From Okamejei kenojei (lineage: Eukaryota): a stretch of DNA of 64,000 nt. This document shows positions 39,930 to 52,284 of this stretch, piece by piece. Below the pieces are notes generated by a model. It did not search any database. It was not told where the DNA came from and worked only from the letters and a program-made list of their open reading frames with translations. Numbering within the stretch: position 1 is the first letter of the stretch; every line of letters starts with the position of its first letter. A program made the translations under genes and the position numbers. The stretch lies in the NCBI GenBank assembly GCA_035221665.1, contig CM069158.1, positions 22,382,001-22,446,000 on the forward strand. Reading direction: 5' to 3'.

Positions 39930-42090
39930 CCACTATCTTGGTCGCGGTCTCTGTCTACAACTCACAATTCTCCAATTCGGAACTAAACGCCCGTCCCTTC
40001 GGCGATGTTTTCCGACAACATATTGTGTCCTCGGTGAAGCTGGACGGCCACGAGGCGAGGTCGTGACTAAACCCGACCGTGGCGCCTTCCCTGCGGAATA
40101 GGCAATCAACTTGCACTTGAGCTAAACCACATTTGACCGCGATCACCGCCCTGTGCCCGCAGAAGCCCGACAGGAGGCTGCAATGGGGGGGGGGGGGGGG
40201 AGAGAGAAATGGGTTTAAATTAATACAAATTTAAATGTCAGGAAAACGTCCTTTGAATCAAGTGCAAGTGAATAAGACGGGAAAGAAAGCAGGCGGGCCG
40301 GGGAATGTGGCTCTTTATCAATAGGCGTGTCCAATGTCAAATGGCATCGTCATTGTGCTGGTGGATGACCCCTGGCCCAGGGGGACGGAGCCCAGAGCTC
40401 GGTGGGACAGGGGTGAGCGCGACACACACTCGGGACACGGGCGTCCGACCGGTGTCCGCCGCCACTCGCCTCTCCCCCACGCGAAAACTCCTCGCCAGAT
40501 AGGAAAGTTTGACAAGACTCGTGATTATTTGGTACTACGTCGCCTGCTAAACCCTTTTAATGCACGTGTCATTCTGTGGCGTTGATTTTGGGGGAACCTG
40601 TTCTGGCGTGGCCACATTGGCCGGGACCGGGTCTGAATGGTCGATGCCCTCGCTGGGAGTGCGGCGAGGCTCGGCAGCCGCGACAGGGGGGGACTCTGCC
40701 GAGCTTTCTCTTCAACACAGCGCCCTGGGTGTTGGAGAACATCGCCGCCACATGCCTGCCTGCCTGCCTGCCTGTGCGCCGGGGTCGGATGCCTGTGGAC
40801 AGATTCCTTGTCCCCTTCTGTACTCCGGATCTTCCACCCTGCACAGTCTTGGGTGCAAGTTCACGGGACGCACAGTTTACGAACAATTGCGACTCCGTTT
40901 GGTTGGATATTGCCCGAATGGCTTTGATCGCGATCTGAGGATATTCCGAGCGGAGTGAGGTTGTTGCAGAACACATCTCCCAGCGACTGAAGCGGGGACT
41001 GGAGCACCACTCGAACCATCGGCGGCTGGGGTCCCCAGTCATTCCTTGCAGTAAGTTGAAGAGTAAATGGAGCGACGCGGACTGCCCCCGTGAAGTGGGA
41101 CTTGCCGAGGCTGCTCCTGTCTTTGGTTATCTAGCTGTATGAGATTGTTGTACCGTCATAAAGCTAGATAACCGAATGTAAGAACCGCCTCGAGTTTCGC
41201 CACCGCTCGGCCGGACGAAGGAAGGAAGGAAGGAACGCACTTGACTCGGAGACGCCGGGCTTCACTGAACTCTCGCCGGCCTGGGCTGCCTCCCCGCCGG
41301 CAGGGACTTTGCGAACTCCCCCGGGCAGCGGCGATCTGGGTCCGGGGGTCGGCTGCTCCCGGACAGACTGCTGGGCCCAGGGAGCGGGCAGGAGACGGGG
41401 CGAGGGGGGGTGTGAGGGAAAATAAAGAGGGATATGGGTGGGGAAGGGAGAGAATGTGTAGCAGAAGGCGGTAGGGAGGGGATCTGGAGGCGGGGGGGGG
41501 GGGGGGGGGGGGGGGGGGAGATGCTGAGGAGTAGATTGTAGGAGAGGGAGAAAGTGTGGAGGGGAGAGGCAAGAGAAGGAGTGGAGAAGGAGGCAGAGGG
41601 AAAATGAGGGAGGGATGGAGGGAGAAGATGAGGCAGAGGGGAGGGCGGTGAGGGAGGGGCAGGGAGGGGAGAGGCCGGCGGGCATGAGAGGGGCTGAGGG
41701 ATGGGGCGCGGGAAGTATGGGGCAGAGCGGAGAGGAGGGTGAGGGCGAGGAGGGGGGAGAGAAGTGGAGGGGGAGAGAAGTGGAGGGGGATGAGGCGAAT
41801 GGTCGTGAGGGAGGGGTGGCGGTGGACCCTTTGCCGAGTCCCCGGCGTGATGTGTGACATTGACAGACCGCGGCTTGTCCTGTCACCTCCCACGGAAGTG
41901 TCGGGAGTCTCGCCACTCCACGGCGCTGCCTGGTGCTCGCTGCGACGGATTTGCGCGCATTTTGCGCCTGTCCTTGTGCATGCGGTCTGGTGCGGGGCGG
42001 CTCCCTTGGGGAGAGGCTGCGGGAGGGAGCGGGCCCTATGTGAGAGGGAGCGCTCCCTGGGAGGGAGTGGCCCTGGGGTGAGGTGCTAAA
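39930..42090. promoter_or_regulatory. CpG island surrounding mir-9 (probable proximal promoter/regulatory region)
   Basis: High GC and dense CG dinucleotides, no recognisable TE inside, sharply bounded by CpG-poor LINE sequence on both sides. Confidence 0.75.
41106..41192 (+). ncRNA. mir-9: microRNA-9 precursor hairpin (5p mature 41120-41142; 3p about 41158-41179)
   Basis: TCTTTGGTTATCTAGCTGTATGA at 41120-41142 is identical to canonical miR-9-5p. ATAAAGCTAGATAACCGAATGT at 41158-41179 differs from canonical miR-9-3p (…CGAAAGT) by one base. Basal stem CGAGGC/GCCTCG closes the hairpin; CNNC motif (CGCC) at 41198-41201. Confidence 0.98.
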
Positions 42091-42509
42091 CCTGTACTTG
42101 GTATTCACCAAGGAGAAGGACATGGAGTAAGATCAGAGTGGAGTACACAGATGCTGGGACATTTTGAGTTGAAAGTGGTGATGTTGAACCTGTGAAAAGC
42201 AATGAACTGGATAAATGGGGCCTGGTGGGATCTAAGGTGCATCTGAGAGTCATTGGAGAGTTGTCGAATTTCCTTCTCTTCCGAAAGAGAGGAGGGTTCC
42301 TTGTGCTTGACTGATCCGGCAGTGTGGCATCTTGGACAGGTTCATGTTTATTATTGTCACAAATTAAGTTGAATAATTAGTTTGGATTCAGAACCGGTTT
42401 ATCCAGAGAAGACAGGGGGTTGTGGTGGGAGGGGGTTATTCTTTCCAGAGGTCTGTGACTAGTAGAATTCCACAAGGATCTGTGCTGGGACTTCTGTTGT
42501 TTGTGACAC

Positions 42510-42571
42510 TATATATATATATCTATATCTATATCTATATCTATATCTATATATATATATCTATCTATATC
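42510..42571. repeat. (TA)n/(ATCTAT)n microsatellite
   Basis: Directly visible. Confidence 0.9.
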
Positions 42572-42599
42572 TCACTTAGACAAAAATGGAGATGTGTTG

Positions 42600-43152
42600 G
42601 TTGGTTAGTTTAGTTATCAATGTACAGTGAAACGCTTTTGTTGCGCGCTAACCAGTCAGTGGAAATATTATACATGATTACAATCGAGCCATCCACAGTG
42701 TAGAGATACATGATAAAGGGAATAAGGTTTGGTGCAAGATAAAGTCCTGGAAAGTCCGATTAAAGATAGTCCAAGGGCCTCCAATGAGGTAGATAGTAGT
42801 TCAGGTCCACTCTCTAGTTGTTGATAGGATGGTCTAGTTACAGTTGGGAAGAAACTGTCCCTGAATCTGGAGGTTTGTGATTTCACACTTCTGTACCTCT
42901 TGCCTGGATGGGAGAAGTTAGAATGACCAGGGTGAGACTCATCCTTGATTATGCTGATGGCCTTGCCGAAGCAGCGTGAAGTGTGAATGGAATCAATGGA
43001 AGGGAGGTTAGTTTGTGTGATGGTCTGGAATGCATCCACAATCCTCTGCAATTTTGTGCGGTCTTGGATGGAGCTGATCCCAAAACATGCTGAGATGCAT
43101 TCCAATAAAATGCTTTCTACGGCACATTTGTAGTTTTTGGGGACATGCCGAA
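42600..43152 (-). mobile_element. Rex/Babar-like LINE 3' fragment nested in CR1
   Basis: YKCAVESILLECISACFG…KRYRSVKSQTSRFRDSFFP (ORF 42668-43162). Confidence 0.85.
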
Positions 43153-44094
43153 GTTTGTACATGACACTAAGATTGGTGGAGTTGCGGATAGTGAAGAAAG
43201 CTGATAAAGGATGCAGCCGGATTGATATAGATCAGGTACAGAAATGGGCCATGAAACGGCAGATAGAGGTTAATCCAGACAAATGTGAGGTGTTGTGGTT
43301 TTGGCAGTCAAATGTAAGGGGAAGGTATAGTTCACGGTAGGGTCTTTAACAGCATTGGGCCTAGCACTATAGCTCCCTCAAAGTAAACATACAAGTAGAT
43401 TGGTAAAGGAGCCAAGTGGTATGCTTGCCTTCATTGGCCAGGGCATCGAGTAGAAAAGTCAGAAAGTCATGATGCAGTTTTATAAAACTTCAGTTAGGCC
43501 ATTTGGAGAATTGGATACAGTTCTGGTCACCCCATTACAGGATAAATATGGACCCTTTGGAAAGGGTAGTTTACCAGAATGCTGCCTGGATTAGAAGGTA
43601 TTCACTATAAGGAGTGGATGGACATCATAGTCAGAATATTTTTCCAGAGTGAAATGTCAAAGTCTTATTAGTTTTCAGGTGAGAGGGACAAGGTTTAACG
43701 GAGATCTGAGGGGGAAGCTTTTACCCAAAGGGTGGTGGGTGCCTGGAACGATGCCAGGGGTGGTGGTGGAGGCAGATACGATAGTGGTATTTGAGGGACT
43801 TTTAGATAGGTACATGGATATTCAGAGAATGGAGGGTATTGATCATATGTAGGCAGAAGAGATTAGTTCAATTTATCATCAAGTTAAGCACAGACATGGT
43901 GGGCTGAAAAGACTTGTTCTGGTGCTGTACTGCTCCATGTTCCATGTAAAGAACAAGGGATGGGAGAGGTGTGAGAGGGAGAGATGGGGAGGGAGAGATG
44001 GGGAGAGACATAGAGAGAAGGAAATGTCAAGAAAGAGATGGGCAGTGGGCTGTAAGTGGCGACACCGTGGATTGGGTGCTGAAGAAGGATTTAT

Positions 44095-44697
44095 CATTGG
44101 TCATGGTTTGTGTACGGGAGTTGCACATCATGTTACAACTGTACAGGATTTTGATACGGACAAATTTGGAGAACTGGGCGCAGTTCTGGTTGTGCTGCTA
44201 TGGGAAGATATCACTGAATTGAAAAGTGTGCAAAAATGGTTTACAAAGATGTTTCAGGTCTGGAGGGTTTGAGTTATAAGATATATGGAGCGTAATAAGG
44301 AGAAGCTGGATTGGCTGGGTCTTTTCTCCTGGAGTGAAGGAGGGATGACCTTACAAAGCTTTATGAAATCATAAGGGGCATGGATAAGGTGAATGTTCCA
44401 GTTGTTTCCCTTGGGTCCCTGGGTAGGGGAGTATGAAACTAAATGGCTGACAGTTAGAGGGGAAAGATTTAAAAAGACCAGAGCGGCACCTTATTCACAG
44501 AGGATAGTTTGTGTATGAAATGAGAGGGCAGAGCAAATGGTAAGTGTAGGTATGTTTACAATGATTAAAAAACACTTGGACAAGTAAATGGATATAAATA
44601 GTTTAGAGGGATATGGATCAGATGCAGGCAGGTGAGACAAGCTTGGTTAGGCAACTTGGTTGGGCCGAAGGCAATGTTTCCGTGTTTTCTAGCTCTA
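44095..44697 (+). mobile_element. CR1-like LINE 3' fragment (further fragments about 38130-38505 minus, 54921-55345 plus, 57015-57210 minus, 60520-60790 minus)
   Basis: MLQLYRILIRTNLENWAQFW and the shared 3' tail. Confidence 0.8.
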
Positions 44698-46499
44698 TTA
44701 CCAAGAGAAAGAGAGTATAGGGAAATTGAGAAAGATAGAGAGCAGGAGAGATAAAGGGAGAGAGACAGACAGGCAAAGGTGTAGAGAGATGGCAAGAGGG
44801 GGAGAGAGAGATGGAGAGAGAGGGGGGGGGTTGCTGAGGGAGAAAGAGAGAGAGGCAGTGAGAAAGAGAGATGGTGAGAGAGAAACAGAGAGGGGGGAAG
44901 ATGACAATAGATAATAGTTGCAGGAGTCGGCCATTCAGACCTTCAAGAGGGAGAGGGGGATGGAGCCGGAGTAAGTGAAAGGGAGATGGAGATGGGAAGG
45001 TGGAGACAGAATGAGAGCAAAACTAACCAATCCACTCACTATAAACCAGTTGGTCTGTATATTAGCTGTATGATAAATATTCAGCAAGATGAGCCAGCAG
45101 TGATATTCCTAATGGAGCAAGATCCATTTTTAATAAATAACTTCTCAATGAAAGTGCTTATGGAATATGCTGAACATTCAAAATATTCATTTAAAATAAC
45201 TATTACCCTGGAGTGGGTTACAAACTAGAATATGTTCAAGGACGGAGTAGTTTATATATCGATTAAATGATACCCAGGAGGGTGGTACAGCCTGGAATCT
45301 AATCTGGGTATAGGTTGGTTTATATATATATTTACCATGGAGTGTGTAATGAACTCTAAAGTGATGGTGATTTTAATGCAGAATAATATACACCTGGAGT
45401 TGAGATATCAAGCTGGAGGTTGGACACGTTCTAGATAAGGTGTCATTCATACACACAGGCCAAGCCCCAATTCAGGCATTTGTGGTTTATATATAGAACT
45501 ATAGATACATGTGTGTGAGTTATAGGCTTGAATATATGTTAAAGTTCTCAAGCCATCAAGGGTTGTTGTTAATGTCTGAGGCTTGTGATCTGGTTCAGTG
45601 ATCTCTGATCACAGCTGGAGTTTTCAATGTTTGGAATATTGTTCAGATGTCACGCTGTGGCTTTCATTCAGTGGGCCTTGTGGAATGGCCACATGATCAA
45701 GCATGCCCTGTGTTGTTGGCACAAGAGTGAAGTATGCATTTGAGCTAAGTGATAGTCAACCTACCGTTGTACATTCATCGCAAGCAATTTACAGCCAATT
45801 GCTGGTTTATTCAGACTAGTTCCATCGTCACACACTACACAATGTTACAACAGGTGCACTTACATAATGCATTTCACCACATCAGAACTTGCATTGCATC
45901 ATCAGAGTTCTTGGTCAGCATTTTGTCACTGAGAAAGAAACTGGATTAAAAAAAATTACATTCCCAACTTAATGTACATCTTCCTAAGCAGGTGACAGAA
46001 TTCTACTCCGAGCAAGCCTTAGGACTAGAACTAAAAGCATGGTCATGGGAAACGTATGAAGGAGCTCGGAAAGGAACATTGACATGAGAGATCCCGAGGT
46101 TAAAGTGCAGGCAGGGCATCAAAAGTGAGTGTGAAAATAGTGGCATTTAAGAATCTTTTGAATTGGCACATTGGGATGTAGGGAATAGGAGGAATAAGCA
46201 TCATGTGCAAGCAGATGACGTTAGTTTATCTTGGCATCATGTTCGGCATGGATATTGCTTGCCAAAAGGCCTGTCCCTGTGTGGTACTGTGCTGTCCTAT
46301 CTTCTAAGAATGCAATCTGCTACAGTATACTGCACTTATCATTCTGCGCATATTATTGTTCTTCGGAATGTTGGCGCTAATTTCCAAACAAAATACCATG
46401 GGATGATAATAACTCTCCAGGTGTTTGGAAGGTCAGTTACGCCACATTTAGTTGATGCAGGAAGAACATTGACATGAGACTTAGATCATAGAACATCTA

Positions 46500-48127
46500 C
46501 AGTGGCTTGCAAAAGTATTCATACCCCTTGAACTTTTCCACATATTGTCACGTTACAATCACAAACGTAAATGCATTTTATTGGGATTTTATGTGATAGA
46601 CCAAACAAAGTGGTGCATAATTGTGAAGTGGAAGGAAAATGATACATGGTTTCATGTATCATTTAAAAAAAATCAAATAAAAAACTGAAAAGTGTGGCGT
46701 GCAAAAGTATTCAGCCCCCCCTGAGTCAACACTTTGTAGAACCACCTTTTGCTGCAATTACAGCTGCAAGTCTTTTGGGGTATGTCTCTACTAGCTTTGC
46801 ACATCTAGAGACTGACATTTTTGCCCATTCTTCTTTGCAAAATAGCGCAAGCTCAGTCAGATTGGATGGAGAGTGTCTGTGAACACCAATTTTCAAGTCT
46901 TGCCAGAGATTCTCAATTGGATTTAGGTCTGACTTTGACTGGGCCATTCTAACATGAATATGCTTTGATCTAAACCATTCCATTGTAGCTCTGGCTGTAT
47001 GTTTAGGGTCGTTGTCCTGCTGGAAGGTGAACCTCCGCCCCAGTCTCAAGTCTTTTGCAAACTCTAACAGGTTTTCTTCCAAGATTGCCCTGTATTTGGC
47101 TCCATCCATCTTCCCATCAACTCTGACCAGCTTCCCTGTCCCTGCTGAAGAAAAGCATCCCCACAGCATGATGTTGCCACCACCATGTTTGACAGTGAGG
47201 ATGGTGTGTTCAGGGTGATGTGCAGTGTTAGTTTTCTGCCACACATAGCGTTTTGCATTTAGGCCAAAAACTTCAATTTTGGTCTCATCAGACCAGAGCA
47301 CCTTCCTCCACATGTTTGCTGTGTCCCCCACATGGCTTGTGGCAAACTGCAAATGGGACTTCTTATGGCTTTGTTTCAACAATGGCTTTCTTGCCACTCT
47401 TCCATAAAGACTCGATTTGTGGAGTGCACGACTGATAGTTGTCCTGTGGACAGATTCTCCCACCTGAGGTGGATCTCTGCAGCTCCTCCCGAGTGACCAT
47501 GGGCCTCTTCGCTGCTTCTCTGATCAATGCTCTCCTTGCCCGGCCTGTCAGTTTAGGTGGACGGCCATGTCTTGGTAGGTTTGCAGTTGTCCCATACTCT
47601 TTCCATTTTCGGATGATGGATTGAACAGTGCTCTGTGAGATGTTCAAAGCTTGGGATATTTTTTTATAACCTAACCCTGCTTTAAACATCTCCACAACTT
47701 TATCCCTGACCTGTCTGGTGTGTTCCTTGGGCTTCATGATGCCCAAGGAACATTGTTTGTTCACTAATGTTCTCTAACAAACCTCTGAGGCCTTCACAGA
47801 ACAGCTGTGTTTATACTAAGATTAGATTACACACAAGTGGACTCTATTTACTAATTAGGTGACTTCTAAAGGCAATTGGTTGCACTGGATTTTATTTAGG
47901 GGTATCAGAGTAAAGGGGGCTGAATACTTTTGCGCGCCACACTTTTCAGTTTTTTATTTGTAAAAAAATTTGAAAACCATGTATCATTTTCCTTTCACTT
48001 CACAATTATGTGCCACTTTGTGTTGGTCTATCACATAAAATCCCAATAAAATACATTTACATTTGTGGTTGTAACGTGACAAAATGTGGAAAAGTTCAAG
48101 GGGTATGAATACTTTTGCAAGCCACTG
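46500..48127 (-). mobile_element. Full-length Tc1/mariner DNA transposon, IR/DR type, Passport-like
   Basis: TA duplications at 46498-46499 and 48128-48129; about 215-bp terminal inverted repeats (46500-46719, 47915-48127) starting CAGTGGCTTGCAAAAGTATTCA, with the internal direct repeat GCAAAAGTATTCA; 1628 bp long; encloses a transposase. Confidence 0.97.
46726..47737 (-). pseudogene. Tc1 transposase, frameshifted
   Basis: MKPKEHTRQVRDKVVE… paired-like HTH with GRPPK, then WSDETK, QQDNDPKH and DLNPIENLW catalytic motifs. One frameshift near 47465 and two compensating deletions near 46930-46955. Confidence 0.95.
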
Positions 48128-49912
48128 TAGCTGTCAGTGTCCAGTGACAGGAGGTAGTTGATTGCTCACACTGGCATTATAGTGAATAACTTCTCATTTC
48201 ATGACTCCATCTCCATGTGCAAGCAGAGTGTGTCTCATGTGTAACACCAGAATTACATTGTACTTGGGGAAAGTGTGTGGGCAGGTGTTTGTGTTGGTGT
48301 TTGTGCATGTGTGTGTGTGTGTGTGTGTGCGCATGTGTGTGTGCATGTTTGTGCGTGTACATGTGACAAAGAGTTTGCTTTTCTGTGGGCAAGCTATATT
48401 TTCTGTACCATCCAGCAATGAAAAAAGAATTACATCAAAACAATTTGCTTTGGAAATTATTTAAGACCACCTTGTACCTTATGCATCTGGCTGCAGGTAT
48501 TTGGTTGCAACAGGTAAATAATACATGAGGTTTTATTGCAAACAATAATTGCTTGTTGAAACTACCACGGGTAGAATGCAATAATGAGGAAACAAAATGG
48601 GCTTTGGAATATACAGTACATCAGCGATCAAAGTAGACATCGCCAGCCTCCACGAGAATGGAAGGGTTTGTTTGAAGAGTGGTGGGCAGTTTCCACGCAG
48701 TACGGTCTTTTCATGTTACAGCAATTTGGCGACTTGCTAAATTGATTAATATTTATATTGCATGTGATCTTAAGGACATTTCAAAATTCAAGTACTGTTG
48801 AACTGTAATCTTTATTCTAACATAGGAAACACAGCTCTATCTAACAGCAAAATGTTTGTTTAATTATAGTCAGGGAAGAATAGATGTGAAACAGATCACC
48901 GGGCCACTGTAATTCGAATTTCACTGACCCTTAATTGGTACATGTGACAATAAACTGACCTTGAACCTTGAAGAAGGGTCTTGATCCAAAACTTCACACA
49001 TTCCTTCCCTCCAGAGATGTTGCTAGTCCCACTGAGTTACTCCACCATTTTGTGTCTATCTATTGGGTTAAAACTCCTCGGGTCCTCTCCAATGAATGTC
49101 TTGGCAACTTGTACATCCTCTCACTGCTGCATTGAAGCTCTGGTCTGGAATGTGGTTCAACATGGTGTGATGGTCAACACGGCCCCCCCCCCCCCCCCCT
49201 CCCCAGCTTTGGGCTTCATTACAGTTTTTGCCCTCTCATCAATTGGAGAGGGTACATGGCTGAATGGGGTATTCATCACGGAGCTCTCGTATCTATCATT
49301 TGGTCTGTGAATACGAGCAGACCATGAGTGTTATTGCAAGCCAGTGGAATTTGTAATGGATTACAAAGGCCAAAGTTTAAAGGAGATGTGCAGTGATAAT
49401 TTGTATCACCAGATCAGATCAGATTGTAACGAGCCTGACCTGGACGCACACCTACGTTGCTGCATTGACTTCCTGGTCGCTGAGTAGAAAATGTCGCATG
49501 CAGGTCACCCGTGGTTCAGTCAATGACGGGACAGCGCTCCAAGGAGCCTAGAGATGGAAGAGAGATCAAGTTAGTTAGATCTTGGAGAAACGTGTCAAGT
49601 CAAGTGTCGTGACTTGTCATATGTACCGGCAATAGAGCCACAAACGTACCTGCAGCATCATTACAGGACCATTAACACAGACAAATTTACAAAAAAACAG
49701 TAACACAATAAATTAACATGAGCGGGAAGAAAACTGACCAGAAAAAGGTGAAAACAAGTTTTAAAAAGTCCCAAAGACAAATTCACTCCCGATTGAATTG
49801 GGATCCTGGGAGTAAAAGACTTCTCCAGTCTTCAGCTGAGGACACCCCAGTTGTTGGGAGCGGCTTTCACGTTTAGTTGGCGCTTGATCTCTACTCCCAC
49901 CTGAGCTCCTAA

Positions 49913-50149
49913 AGGGCCTGTCCCACTTTCACGACCTAATGCACAACCTTTTTTACTCGTGGACATTTTTCATCACGTTGAAAAAACGCCCCGACCTACT
50001 TGATGCCACAAGTACCTACGACTAGCATTAAAACCTGCTACGACCTACCTACGACCTCCTATGACCTCGTGACGACCATGCTGCGAGTATGAGTCAAGGG
50101 CAAACCCGGCACAGGTCGTGAATTAGGTCGTGAAAGTGGGACAGGCCGT
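49913..50149. mobile_element. PIF/Harbinger-type MITE
   Basis: TIRs AGGGCCTGTCCCACTTTCACGACCTAAT / ATTAGGTCGTGAAAGTGGGACAGGCCGT; TAA duplications at 49910-49912 and 50150-50152; internal ACGACCT repeats; no ORF. Confidence 0.9.
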
Positions 50150-50421
50150 TAAACATCGCGGGCAGCGGAGTGCTGATCCGCGCGGTCAGAGAGTTGGGAA
50201 ATCTGTGTTCCTGCCACAACTTGCACGTTGACACCGCTCGGATTTGTCACTTTTCGAAGAAGTTTCTGAGGGTTGACACCAGGAAGTCCCCGCCTGAATT
50301 CATTGACCTCCTTCCCGTCCTCTGTCTGACAATGAAAGTGAATTGTTTATTAAGCTTGCAATTGAAGTTAACACCTCTTCAATTTGAACACGAGCAACAA
50401 ATCTGTAACTGGAATCTTGAA

Positions 50422-50582
50422 TACAGCACAAAGTGCTGGAGTAACTCAAGGTGTCAGGCAGCATCTCTGGAGGGCGTGGATACATTGGCGTTTCGAGTCG
50501 GGACCCTTCTTCAATCTGCAGTCCGAAACGTCGCTTATCCACGTTCTCCAGAGATGCTGCCTGACCTCCAGCACTTTGTGTT
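50422..50582. mobile_element. Head-to-head Penelope-derived element
   Basis: CACAAAGTGCTGGAG…GTCAGGCAGCATCTCTGGAG faces CTCCAGAGATGCTGCCTGAC…CTCCAGCACTTTGTG. Confidence 0.8.
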
Positions 50583-50585
50583 GAG

Positions 50586-50772
50586 AGTTTAGAGACACAG
50601 CGTGGAAACAGGCCCTGTGGCACACTGAGCCCGCGCCAACCCACAATCACCCGAACACTAGTTCCATACTACACACTAGGGACAATTTACATAGGCCAAT
50701 TAACCGACAAATATGCACGTCTTTGTAATGTGGGGGGAAACTGGAGCACCTGGAGAAAACCCACGCGGTTAC
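50586..50772 (-). mobile_element. SINE 3' half, same family (other partial copies about 31480-31676 minus, 59490-59880 plus, 61305-61480 plus)
   Basis: Reverse complement of the SINE tail and V-domain-like segment. Confidence 0.75.
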
Positions 50773-51070
50773 ACGGTTGCACAGTCTCAAACGTCTCAAA
50801 TTTTGCCAGGATGGAAATAATTAGTTGTTCCGTATAATTTGAGCCTATTGTGACTGTTATAAATGTATCCGAACACCTCCTCTGGCAGCTAGATCCAAAT
50901 ATCCACCATCCTCTGTGTGGGGAAAAATACTTATCCCTCAGTTCTCCAGCCAGGTACTAATTATTGATAGTAATTGTAGAGTCAATAACAACATTTAATC
51001 TTTGACTGTTATGTCTTAGATATCCGCCAAGATTCTGTTATCAGACTCCTAATCCAGAAACTGTGGTTAA

Positions 51071-51074
<4 letters not shown>

Positions 51075-51134
<60 letters not shown>
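51075..51134. repeat. (GA)n microsatellite
   Basis: Directly visible. Confidence 0.95.
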
Positions 51135-51137
<3 letters not shown>

Positions 51138-52284
51138 TAAAGAGTGCTCAATTACCACACATCCTGAAACAGAACATTCTCACTTGCAGCAGCAGCATAA
51201 CAGGTTTGCAAACACTGTACTCAATAAATAACACAGCAAAAACAAAATAAGTTAAATAAATTAAAAAACTATATAGTTCAGAAATAAAACAAAGCATGAA
51301 GTGCCTGTTGCAACCCAGGCAGTTCATTGTTTAGCTGGAGTTTGTAGTGTAGGAACACAAGTTCGAAAACAACTAGAGAGTTTGATTTGATTAAATAAAT
51401 CTGCACTAAGCAGCTCTTTTCAATAACGGTGACTGTGAGACTATCACTTTGTCCATTGGGGAATGCCACTGGGCAACCGTGCCTGGTTTAATGTCATTCC
51501 AGGACTGGAGCCTCTGATATGTTGGCCTCTGATATGGTCCAGCCAGCCCCTCTGTTCAAGTTGGGGAATTAATGACAACTTATCTGTGACCTGCTGAGTA
51601 AACAAAAGGGTTCTCTTGAATTCTCAACTGGGCTTATGGTATTTGTTTGACGAGTTTGATGTTTGATGAGGCAGAAAAATCTGTCTTATCAAACCACTTT
51701 TATCAAACCAGGCAACGGAACCATCCTACCAACAACTAGAGACAGTCTTGAGCTACTATCTACCTCATTGGAGACATTTGATTGGACTTTACTGGACTAT
51801 TTCTTGCACTAAACATTATTATTCCCATTATCATGTGTCTGCACACTGTGGGCAGCTCGATTGTAATCATGTATTGTCTTTCCACAGACTGGTTAGCATG
51901 CACAGCTTACCACTGTACCTCGGTACATGTGACATTAAACAAAACCCATTTTATAAACTTAAAGGCCTCTGTCAGGCCATCCCTTGGTCTTCCTTCTTCA
52001 ATCTCCATGACGGAGTGATCTTTAATCATCCTTAAACCATTCATATCCTCTCCTTGCCCGTTTCTTGTAATATTTGGGCAACACTTTCCCAATTTTGCTC
52101 GTCTTTCCCTCACAGAAACGTATGTCGATTTTACAGGGACACTGTTCCAGTTCCCTTACAATGCCCAGCGAGGCTGGGAAAAATCGGACAGTTCATTTTG
52201 GAATGGAGGATGCTGCAGTGATGACCAGGTAGCAGCTAGGTTGAAATGATACGTTCAGACGAAGGTAAAACAATGCCCTTTGTC

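Larger units (their letters stand above)
42085..43945 (+). mobile_element. CR1-like LINE remnant split by an antisense Rex/Babar-like insertion
   Basis: IPQGSVLGLLLFV at about 42465-42510 continues as KFVHDTKIGG (decayed KFADDTKIGG) at about 43151; 3' tail near 43900-43940. Confidence 0.85.

Noticed and set aside
1-41000. MEF2-family or other host coding exons expected from synteny
   Set aside because: No MADS/MEF2 or other recognisable host peptide in the ORF track; short exons could have been missed.
41156-42123. Long ORFs (319 aa and 245 aa, minus strand) overlapping mir-9
   Set aside because: Low-complexity Pro/Ser-rich translations of a GC-rich polypurine tract with no recognisable domain.
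46905-47015. Apparent DD33E spacing suggesting a new transposase class
   Set aside because: Caused by compensating 2-nt and 1-nt deletions; LEWPSQS is readable in the alternative frame, which restores DD34E.
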